This document shows positions 51,304 to 58,276 of a DNA stretch of 64,000 bases, piece by piece (position 1 is the stretch's first letter; every line of letters starts with the position of its first letter). This DNA comes from an uncultured Cryomorphaceae bacterium (lineage in GTDB: Bacteria > Bacteroidota > Bacteroidia > Flavobacteriales > Schleiferiaceae). Below the pieces are notes generated by a model. The model was not told the DNA's origin. It did no database searches and saw only the letters and a list, made by a program, of their open reading frames with translations. Where the stretch lies: positions 19,765 through 83,764 of the forward strand of contig CAJWZE010000001.1 of assembly GCA_913049845.1 (NCBI GenBank). The letters run 5' to 3'. Made by a program: the position numbers and the translations under genes.

Positions 51304-53097
51304 ATGAAATCATTCGCTCGAATCTTATCGCTTTTGAAGCCCTATATGCCATTGGTTGTGTTGGCCGCTGCTTTCAATATTCTCACGGTCATCTTTAGCA
51401 TTGGATCAGTGGGGGCCTTGATTCCCATCCTGAATTTAATTTTTGATACACCCGGTATCGATCTGGCGAATATCCCTGCTTGGAAATTAGCGCTTGCCGA
51501 AATAGTTGAGTCGTACAAAGCACAACATGGTGCTGTGAAGACACTTTACGTCACGGTTATAGTTACTCTATGCATTTTTATTCTCAAAAATATCAGCCGC
51601 TACGCGGCCCTATTTACCCTTTCTCCAGTGAGAAACGGTATAGTATCTTACCTCAAGCAGCAACTTCACGATAAGTGGATTGCCTTAAGCTTGCGCCAGC
51701 ACGGCGATTTAAAAAAAGGTGATATGCTGACCCGGGCGACCGCAGATCTCAATGAGATTGAATGGTCTATGCTCAAAGGTATGGAAGGGTTCGTTCGCGA
51801 TCCTTTGATGATCGTTGGAACCTTGGTGTTGCTTTTTACCATGAGCCCAAAGCTGACCTTATTGGCCATTGCCATTATCCCTATTTCTGCTGGATTGATT
51901 GCTACTGTAGGGCGTAGTTTGAAGAAGAGCGCGAAGAAAGCGCAAGAAGAATTGGGACAGAATACCTCTGCACTAGAAGAAGTCCTTACTAACTTGCCCA
52001 TCATCAAAGCATTTGTTGCCGAAGAGGCCATGTCTGCTCGTTATGCCAAAAGTTTGTCTGCGTGGACACGCCATATGGTGAGCGTGTTTCGCAAGCGTGA
52101 TCTTAGTTCACCAATCGCCGAAGTGTTGGGGGTAAGCGTACTTTTAGTCGTTCTGTATTTAGGGGGAATGGAAGTCATCGCAGGCCGAAGTTTAACCGGT
52201 GGCGAACTTATCGCTTTCGTGGTTTTGTTTTACCAGCTGATTCCTGCCTTTAAAAACGTTACCAATGCGCTGTACGACATTCAAAAGGGCAATGCTTCTG
52301 CCGCTCGCGTATTCGAAGTACTTGACATGGAGGAGCCGCGTAGTGGAAGTATTGCACCGAAGCAGGAACAGTGGCAAGAGGATATCATATTCTCAGGGGT
52401 CCTATTTTCTTACGACGAGCGCCCCGTTATTAACAATTTGAATCTTACCATTCCATCAGGAAAGACTACCGCGCTTGTGGGTCCTTCTGGATCCGGTAAA
52501 ACCACCTTACTTCACCTATTGGCGGGGTTCGCACACCCTCAGCAAGGTTCAATTTCCTTAGGCAGTCTCAACTTACAGGACACCGAGCTTAAGGCCTACC
52601 GTCAAAATCTGGGCTGGGTTCCGCAGCAGCCGTTATTATTTAATTCAAGCTTTGCTGGAAACGTTGCCTTGGGCAGCACGCCCGATATACCCAGAGTCGC
52701 AGCGGCTTTAGAAGCTGCGTACTGTACGGAATTTGCTAGCAATTGGTCCGCAGGAAAAGTTATTGGTGAAGGAGGTTCTTCTTTAAGCGGTGGTCAGCGC
52801 CAGCGATTGAGCATTGCACGTGCCTTTTATGTCGATCCGAAGTTGTTGTTGTTGGATGAAGCCACCGCTGCATTAGATAATGAAAGCGAAGCTAAGGTGC
52901 AACAAGCACTTGAGGGTTTGATGAAGGAACGTACGACGGTAGTGGTAGCACACCGATTAAGTACCATTAAGAACGCCGATCAGATTGCTTATATCGAGGA
53001 GGGTCGTGTGATAGAATTGGGTACGCATGCAGAACTGATCGAAAAGGGCGGTAAGTATGCAGCATTGGTTAACTTAGGAGACCTGAAAGCAGAATAA
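51304..53097 (+). CDS. ABC transporter, fused permease/ATPase (MsbA-like exporter)
   Basis: Corrected start MKSFARILSLLKPY. Six TM helices, then [17 protein letters not shown] and LLLDEATAALD. Confidence 0.85.
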   Translation: MKSFARILSLLKPYMPLVVLAAAFNILTVIFSIGSVGALIPILNLIFDTPGIDLANIPAWKLALAEIVESYKAQHGAVKTLYVTVIVTLCIFILKNISRYAALFTLSPVRNGIVSYLKQQLHDKWIALSLRQHGDLKKGDMLTRATADLNEIEWSMLKGMEGFVRDPLMIVGTLVLLFTMSPKLTLLAIAIIPISAGLIATVGRSLKKSAKKAQEELGQNTSALEEVLTNLPIIKAFVAEEAMSARYAKSLSAWTRHMVSVFRKRDLSSPIAEVLGVSVLLVVLYLGGMEVIAGRSLTGGELIAFVVLFYQLIPAFKNVTNALYDIQKGNASAARVFEVLDMEEPRSGSIAPKQEQWQEDIIFSGVLFSYDERPVINNLNLTIPSGKTTALVGPSGSGKTTLLHLLAGFAHPQQGSISLGSLNLQDTELKAYRQNLGWVPQQPLLFNSSFAGNVALGSTPDIPRVAAALEAAYCTEFASNWSAGKVIGEGGSSLSGGQRQRLSIARAFYVDPKLLLLDEATAALDNESEAKVQQALEGLMKERTTVVVAHRLSTIKNADQIAYIEEGRVIELGTHAELIEKGGKYAALVNLGDLKAE

Positions 53098-53510
53098 TGT
53101 ATCACCACCTCACCAAGATAGAACACCTCGGCATCGCCGTAAAGAGCCTTGAACAAAGCAATACCTTGTACACAAAAATATTAGGGGTGCCTCCCTATAA
53201 AGAGGAGGAGGTCGTTAGCGAAGGGGTACGTACTAGTTTCTTCAGGGCAGGTCTAAATAAAATTGAGCTGTTGCAAGCAACGAATCCGGACAGCCCCATC
53301 GCGAAATTCATAGAAAAGCGCGGCGAAGGTATACACCACGTTGCCTATGCGGTTGAAGACATTAAGGCGGAGATGGCACGTCTTGAAGGTGAGGGATTAA
53401 CCTTGCTCAATACTCAGCCAAAGGTCGGCGCAGACAACAAATGGGTGTGCTTCTTACATCCAAAGGGGACTGGCGGCACATTAATTGAACTTTGCCAGGA
53501 CCGCGGGTAA
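53097..53510 (+). CDS. mce: Methylmalonyl-CoA epimerase (VOC/glyoxalase fold)
   Basis: IEHLGIAV, GEGIHHVAY and FLHPKGTGGTLIELCQ. The start overlaps the upstream stop (TAATG). Confidence 0.82.
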   Translation: MYHHLTKIEHLGIAVKSLEQSNTLYTKILGVPPYKEEEVVSEGVRTSFFRAGLNKIELLQATNPDSPIAKFIEKRGEGIHHVAYAVEDIKAEMARLEGEGLTLLNTQPKVGADNKWVCFLHPKGTGGTLIELCQDRG

Positions 53511-54092
53511 TTCTTTAGTTAAATCTTGCTCTTGTATATTGAAAAGGACGGTGTTTATGCCTAGGGCTTCAGCCGCCTTGATATTATTAGGAGAGTCGTC
53601 CACGAAAAGTACTTCTTCAGGTTTCGCATCCATATATTCTAGGACGTAGTTGAAATACCCGTCGTCCGGTTTTCTGAGGCCAATTTCATACGACAAAAAC
53701 AACGCTTCAAATTTCTCAACGAAGCTATTCCATAAAAAGGGACCAGCTTGTTTGCGAATAGATCTGATGTGCGCCTCATTAGTGTTGCTCACCAAACACA
53801 GATTATAAGAGGCAGCCAATCGTTTCAGAAAAAGCGTTGGGTCAGTCATTTTACCGAGCAAAGCATTCCAAGCACGCGCAATATCTTTTGAGCCCTGAAG
53901 ACACTTGCAGCTCGAGGCAATCTCTTGGAAAAATTGCCCGGAAGTAATTACACCTAATTCGTATTCCTGGTTGAGGCGCTGAATGGATTCCTCAGTGAAT
54001 TGAACCCCCTGTTCCTCAAACGCCTCTTTCGTGCGTTGTGGAAAGATGGGAATGAAGACGTTTCCGAAGTCGAACCAAATCTGTTTTATCAT
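53481..54092 (-). CDS. HAD superfamily hydrolase (subfamily IA-like phosphatase)
   Basis: Motif I-like IWFDFGNV, SNTN, and motif IV FVDDSPNN. 203 aa. Confidence 0.7.
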   Translation of the reverse strand: MIKQIWFDFGNVFIPIFPQRTKEAFEEQGVQFTEESIQRLNQEYELGVITSGQFFQEIASSCKCLQGSKDIARAWNALLGKMTDPTLFLKRLAASYNLCLVSNTNEAHIRSIRKQAGPFLWNSFVEKFEALFLSYEIGLRKPDDGYFNYVLEYMDAKPEEVLFVDDSPNNIKAAEALGINTVLFNIQEQDLTKELPAVLAKFN

Positions 54093-54273
54093 GGTCTGGG
54101 GCTTAAATTCAAACGCAAGGTAGTTCCTACATTTAAGCTACCGGCTGATATATGTTTGGTAAAATTACATACCAATAAGTAAAGGTTGGTGCTAAAGGAA
54201 TGCTAGTTTTTACCCCAACTATTCAATGAGTAAAAGGCGCTCAAATTATTATCTAGTATCTATACATCTGCAT

Positions 54274-54281
54274 TATATTTG
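54274..54281 (+). promoter_or_regulatory. Candidate -7 box (TAnnTTTG) for the tRNA gene
   Basis: tatatttg ends 7 nt before tRNA position 1. Confidence 0.45.
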
Positions 54282-54288
54282 TCCCCTT

Positions 54289-54362
54289 GGGCTCATAGCT
54301 CAGTTGGTTAGAGCACCTGACTCATAATCAGGTGGTCGCAGGTTCGAGCCCTGCTGGGCCCA
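54289..54362 (+). tRNA. tRNA with anticodon CAT: elongator tRNA-Met, or tRNA-Ile2 if lysidine-modified
   Basis: Hand-folded cloverleaf: acceptor GGGCTCA/TGGGCCC, D-arm GCTC-AGTTGGTTA-GAGC, anticodon arm CCTGA-CTCATAA-TCAGG (CAT at 54323-54325), variable loop TGGTC, T-arm GCAGG-TTCGAGC-CCTGC, discriminator A. CCA is not encoded. Position 1:72 is paired, so it is not an initiator. Confidence 0.88.
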
Positions 54363-54366
54363 CTTT

Positions 54367-54403
54367 AAAGCACTTCCATTTGGAGGTGCTTTTTATTTTA
54401 ATT
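54367..54403 (+). repeat. Left direct repeat (DR-L) of the islet; also the terminator hairpin of the tRNA
   Basis: aaagcacttccatttggaggtgctttttattttaatt has a 9-bp stem agcacttcc/ggaggtgct, a 4-nt loop and a T-run. It matches 58239-58276. Confidence 0.8.
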
Positions 54404-54567
54404 GGGTCCTTTAATTACTGCCTTCACCAATAATGGATAATCCAAGAGACGGATTAGTATTAAAAGAAAGGTAATCAATCTGAATTTCCATTCTGTCACT
54501 TTTCCTGTCACTAAAGAATGCTACTGTGCTGATTTTGTTACCTTAGAAATAAATCAAGAAATAAAAG

Positions 54568-56334
54568 ATGATCTCACCTGAGCGAAAGAATATTGAAGAG
54601 ATTTTAGGAGGAACAAGAGTCAAATATACCGTTCCAAATTATCAGCGAGCCTATAATTGGGGTATGACAGAGCTTCAAGAATTGATGGATGATTTGATTC
54701 AATTGAAAAGCGATCAAAGTCAAAAGCTTTTCTTAGGTAATTTGATTTTTGATGTTTCTAATGATTCAGAATATCAAATAGTTGATGGACAACAGAGACT
54801 AACAAGTATATCAATACTGTTTATAGCAATTCGTGAACATGCTAAGAGGATTAATGAAATTGATATAGCCGGTGAAATTCAAGACAATATTAGTATCTAC
54901 TCTTCAACAAGAGGTACGAATCAGATTAAGTTTAAAGTTGCGGAGAACATAAGGGAGATCTATGAGTTCATGGCAGACCCAAAATGGGACTTATCTTTTC
55001 CTTCAGAGCTAAATGGAAAAGGAGTAAAAAGACAAGTGAACAAGGTCAGACCCATCTTTAATTTCCTCTATTCCTCTTTAGAGACATTCAACTCAAATGA
55101 CCTTAAAGGATTCATAGAATCGCTTTGGGATGCGTATGTTGTGGTTATCAAAGTTGAAAATACAGAAGATGTATTTGCTGTATTTGAAAGAACCAATGCT
55201 AGGGGTCTAGATTTAAATATTGGTGATCTACTCAAGAATTATATCTTCTCTTATCAGAAAAGTGGATTTGAAGAGAAATGGGAAGCAATAGTAGACAATG
55301 CTAACGGTCAGCTTCCTCGCATGCTAAAGTATTTTTGGGTTTCTCGCAAGGGGTACATTCAACAATCCAAATTGTACAGAAGTCTAAAGGAATATTGCCG
55401 AGAACTTGAGACGATTGAATCAAACGAAGAAGGGATCACAATTTTTGTAAATGATCTGCTTTTATTTTCTCAATATTATTCTGCTGTTACAGACCAGTCC
55501 AAAGAAAAACTTAGAGATTGGCTATCTGATTTTGGACTAAATAGCATAGTGAATAATGAAGATTACTTTGATAATGTAGTTAGAGTTTTCCAAGCGCTGA
55601 AGTTATTTAGGGTTTCTCAACCAATTCCATTAATTTTTTCCTTTTTTGTCAATTACAAGGTGCACTGCAAGTCACCAGATAAATTGGTTAAAGCATTGAT
55701 TGCCATAGAAAAATATCACTTTGTTAATAATGTAATATCAGGTAGGGTAGGTAACGAAGTTGAAAGATTTTATTCAGATTTGGCCCCTAAAGTTTTTGAT
55801 TCAGACAAACCGATCGGTCAAAACACATCGTCATTTCTGGACAAACTCAGAAAGAAAAAGGCAAACAAGGAAGAATTTACCTCCAATTTTATTGATGTAA
55901 TCACCTATGGACAGAAAAACTTTGCTTTGGTTAATTATGTCTTTGACCGAATAAATAATTATCAGACAAAGGGGTCTCAATATGTCTCAATATTTCGTCC
56001 TGATGTCAACTATAAGAAAAGAAACTACAACATTGAACATATTTTAGCTCAGAGCAATAAGACCAATTATAACGAGAAAGACCAGGAACGATTTAATGAA
56101 ATAGGGAACTTAATTGTCATAAGTAGACATACAAATTCCTCTCTTGGAGACTTACCACCATCTGAAAAAGTATTGAAGATAGAATCCGATAAAAAGCATT
56201 GGGGTAATCTTCGTTATATGGATGAATTCTTGAATGATTATCGTGATGACTTTTCAAATTGGGATTTGCAGACCATAAGGAAGAGGTCAATTAACATTGC
56301 TAACGATTCATATCAACGATATTGGAACTTCTAA
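54568..56334 (+). CDS. DUF262-DUF1524 protein (GmrSD-like type IV, modification-dependent, restriction / anti-phage nuclease family)
   Basis: N-terminal DUF262 motifs: VPNYQRAYNW, DGQQRLTS (nt 54784-54798) and FERTNARGLDLNIGDLLKN. C-terminal DUF1524/His-Me-finger-like motifs: NIEHILAQS, IGNL and NSSLG. Confidence 0.8.
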   Translation: MISPERKNIEEILGGTRVKYTVPNYQRAYNWGMTELQELMDDLIQLKSDQSQKLFLGNLIFDVSNDSEYQIVDGQQRLTSISILFIAIREHAKRINEIDIAGEIQDNISIYSSTRGTNQIKFKVAENIREIYEFMADPKWDLSFPSELNGKGVKRQVNKVRPIFNFLYSSLETFNSNDLKGFIESLWDAYVVVIKVENTEDVFAVFERTNARGLDLNIGDLLKNYIFSYQKSGFEEKWEAIVDNANGQLPRMLKYFWVSRKGYIQQSKLYRSLKEYCRELETIESNEEGITIFVNDLLLFSQYYSAVTDQSKEKLRDWLSDFGLNSIVNNEDYFDNVVRVFQALKLFRVSQPIPLIFSFFVNYKVHCKSPDKLVKALIAIEKYHFVNNVISGRVGNEVERFYSDLAPKVFDSDKPIGQNTSSFLDKLRKKKANKEEFTSNFIDVITYGQKNFALVNYVFDRINNYQTKGSQYVSIFRPDVNYKKRNYNIEHILAQSNKTNYNEKDQERFNEIGNLIVISRHTNSSLGDLPPSEKVLKIESDKKHWGNLRYMDEFLNDYRDDFSNWDLQTIRKRSINIANDSYQRYWNF

Positions 56335-56444
56335 AAAGAGTCTAGGGATACAATTTGAGTCTTTGGTTGATATTAGTGTATCACGACAGAACAACAATGC
56401 CATAAGAAAGGACAGGGCGGCAACCCCGAATGGCCGCCAGAAAG

Positions 56445-56540
56445 GCTCTTTCAGTTTTTTTTGGTCAATAACAATACGCGGTTTCACTCACTTCGGTGGG
56501 GGCTTTTCCTATATTTGATTGAATCAATAGAACCAAAACA
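56445..56540 (+). repeat. Intergenic module copy 1 (related to 57325-57431)
   Basis: Shared order: gctct - T-run - ttgNtcaata - tcacYcacttcggtg - ggNtttt - tatat - aaccaaaaaca. It contains the -7 box tatatttg at 56510-56517. Confidence 0.55.
56510..56517 (+). promoter_or_regulatory. Candidate -7 box (TAnnTTTG) for the LRR lipoprotein gene
   Basis: tatatttg lies 24 nt upstream of the ATG at 56541. It is the same octamer as in front of the tRNA. Confidence 0.4.
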
Positions 56541-57299
56541 ATGAAGAAACTACTTTTTATTTTACCACTTCTTCTAATTATTAGTTGTACTGATTCTAAC
56601 AATCCGCACAGAGCCAGATTCAACAGCAGCGGTTGCCTTGAATGTGATAATTACACTGCTGGCGAAACCTTTATTTTAGACGGCTTTGAATATATAGTAG
56701 CTGATAGAACAATGTTAGCTACGGCAATAGCAAATGATGAAGATTTAACCAAGTATTGCACTTCATTAATTAATGATATGTCATCCTTATTCAAGGACCT
56801 AATAACCTACAATGAGGATATAAGTACTTGGGATGTGAGTAATGTAACCAATATGGAAGGTATGTTCTGGTCGGCTTCCTCCTTCAATCAAGATATTGGT
56901 AGTTGGGATGTAAGTAATGTCGATAACATGAACAGTATGTTTAAATCAGCTGAATCATTTAATCAGAATTTAAGTGAATGGAATGTCGAAAAAGTCGTTG
57001 ATATGAGCGGAATGTTTTTATCTGCTAAAGCATTTGATAGTCCTATAGGTGGTTGGGATGTTGGCTCTGTCAATAATATGAGCAGTATGTTTCAAGGAGC
57101 AATAACCTTCAATCAGTATATAGGTGATTGGGATGTGAGCAGAGTAGGTAATATGTTAAATATGTTCTACGGAGCGACGATTTTTAATCAAGATTTAAGT
57201 GGTTGGTGTGTGCCAAACTTATTTGTTGCACCGTTTGGTTTTTCGAAATACAGTTTATTGACTCTTTCAAATCATCCAGTTTGGGGCACTTGCCCTTAG
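56541..57299 (+). CDS. DUF285 / BspA-type leucine-rich-repeat surface lipoprotein
   Basis: Lipobox LLIISC. About six 25-aa repeats of the form F-N-Q-D-I-x-x-W-D-V-S-x-V-x-x-M-x-x-M-F. Confidence 0.75.
   Translation: MKKLLFILPLLLIISCTDSNNPHRARFNSSGCLECDNYTAGETFILDGFEYIVADRTMLATAIANDEDLTKYCTSLINDMSSLFKDLITYNEDISTWDVSNVTNMEGMFWSASSFNQDIGSWDVSNVDNMNSMFKSAESFNQNLSEWNVEKVVDMSGMFLSAKAFDSPIGGWDVGSVNNMSSMFQGAITFNQYIGDWDVSRVGNMLNMFYGATIFNQDLSGWCVPNLFVAPFGFSKYSLLTLSNHPVWGTCP
56766..57212 (+). repeat. Approximately 75-nt (25-codon) tandem coding repeats of the DUF285/LRR type
   Basis: Recurrent ...tgggatgt(g/a)agt...atg...atgtt... units. The protein-level repeat is clear and the DNA-level copies have diverged. 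Confidence 0.6.
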
Positions 57300-57324
57300 G
57301 GAGGGTAAGCAATTAGTATACTTC

Positions 57325-57431
57325 GCTCTGCTTTCTTTTTTTCTTGCTCAATATGTCACCTTTAGTGTCACCCACTTCGGTGAAGGTTTTGATATATATA
57401 TGGTTAAACTAAAAATCAAACCAAAAAAACA
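57325..57431 (+). repeat. Intergenic module copy 2 (related to 56445-56540)
   Basis: See copy 1. The 15-nt core tcacccacttcggtg (57368-57382) matches tcactcacttcggtg (56484-56498) with one mismatch. Confidence 0.55.
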
Positions 57432-57590
57432 GATTATTTCTGTTAGCCGCCGCTGCTGTAGCCCTATTATTACTTATGTAGATGTCTATGTGTTATTGTC
57501 GTTTGTTTAATAATGAGTTTATTGGGGTCAAAATGAAACAAAATATCATCGTATAAATGCTAGATTCCTAATCATTTAAAACATTATGTA

Positions 57591-58217
57591 ATGAAAAAAT
57601 CAACATTTATTTTTCTATTCGCATTTGGTTTTGGGTTGACTTCGTACGCCCAGGACTATGCGAAAAATTCCTTCGGGATAAACACATCAGGACCCTTCCA
57701 AGGTTTTGGCTTGCAATGGAATCATCAGCTTACTGAGAAAACAACCTTTACGGCTTATTATGGCCAGGCTGTTGCACAGGAATGGACTAGTGACAATCCT
57801 TACTACCCGAATGATGATCAATCCGGACAGGGATATTCGGGAGAAACCTTTCAGAATAGCTCTTGGACTAGCTTTATCTTAAACTTCCGTCCATTAGATA
57901 ATTTCCAGGCATTTAGAGTTGCTTCGGGATTAGGTGTAGGTCGATTAGGAGGAACACTTAAAGGGTTGACAGATGAGAACACCTATTTTATTAATGGTGC
58001 TGGACCTTTTGCCTACATGGGTATAGGTTATGGATTAAAACCTGTTAAAGGATTCCAATGGGGGATTGATATTGGTTGGATACGCGGACCAGGCTTTACG
58101 ACGCAAACTGACGGAGTTGATGCAGCAGCAGCAGCGGCTAGTTTGGAGCTTACCGCCCGTAATCATGAACTTCCATTCTTTCCGAATGCTCAAATAACAT
58201 TTGCTTGGGGATTCTAA
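57591..58217 (+). CDS. Small outer-membrane beta-barrel protein (porin-family-like), function unknown
   Basis: Signal peptide ending SYAQ. The composition is Gly/aromatic-rich and alternating. The C-terminus ITFAWGF ends in Phe (OMP beta-signal). Confidence 0.5.
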   Translation: MKKSTFIFLFAFGFGLTSYAQDYAKNSFGINTSGPFQGFGLQWNHQLTEKTTFTAYYGQAVAQEWTSDNPYYPNDDQSGQGYSGETFQNSSWTSFILNFRPLDNFQAFRVASGLGVGRLGGTLKGLTDENTYFINGAGPFAYMGIGYGLKPVKGFQWGIDIGWIRGPGFTTQTDGVDAAAAAASLELTARNHELPFFPNAQITFAWGF

Positions 58218-58238
58218 TTGAATCATCATTTTTTGAAA

Positions 58239-58276
58239 AAAGCACTTCCATTTGGAGGTGCTTTTTTATTTCAATT
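58239..58276 (+). repeat. Right direct repeat (DR-R) of the islet; a bidirectional terminator shared by the barrel gene and rluA
   Basis: aaagcacttccatttggaggtgcttttttatttcaatt is preceded by an A-run and followed by a T-run. Its last nucleotides overlap the rluA stop codon. Confidence 0.8.

Larger units (their letters stand above)
54367..58276. other. Putative horizontally acquired genomic islet (three genes, no mobility gene) bounded by DR-L and DR-R
   Basis: Direct repeats at both ends. The location is immediately 3' of a tRNA. It is visibly more AT-rich than both flanks. Its gene content is accessory. Confidence 0.55.

Noticed and set aside
54404-54567. Possible integrase or recombinase remnant next to the tRNA at the islet's left end
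   Set aside because: I translated the 164-nt spacer by eye in all frames. Only very short ORFs (for example MDNPRDGLVLKER) appear, with no tyrosine- or serine-recombinase motifs. I therefore make no mobile-element gene call.
56297-56518. 73-aa ORF spanning the end of the nuclease gene and the spacer
   Set aside because: It overlaps the 3' end of the DUF262-DUF1524 CDS out of frame. It also runs through the GC hairpin, the T-run and the repeated module. The composition looks random.
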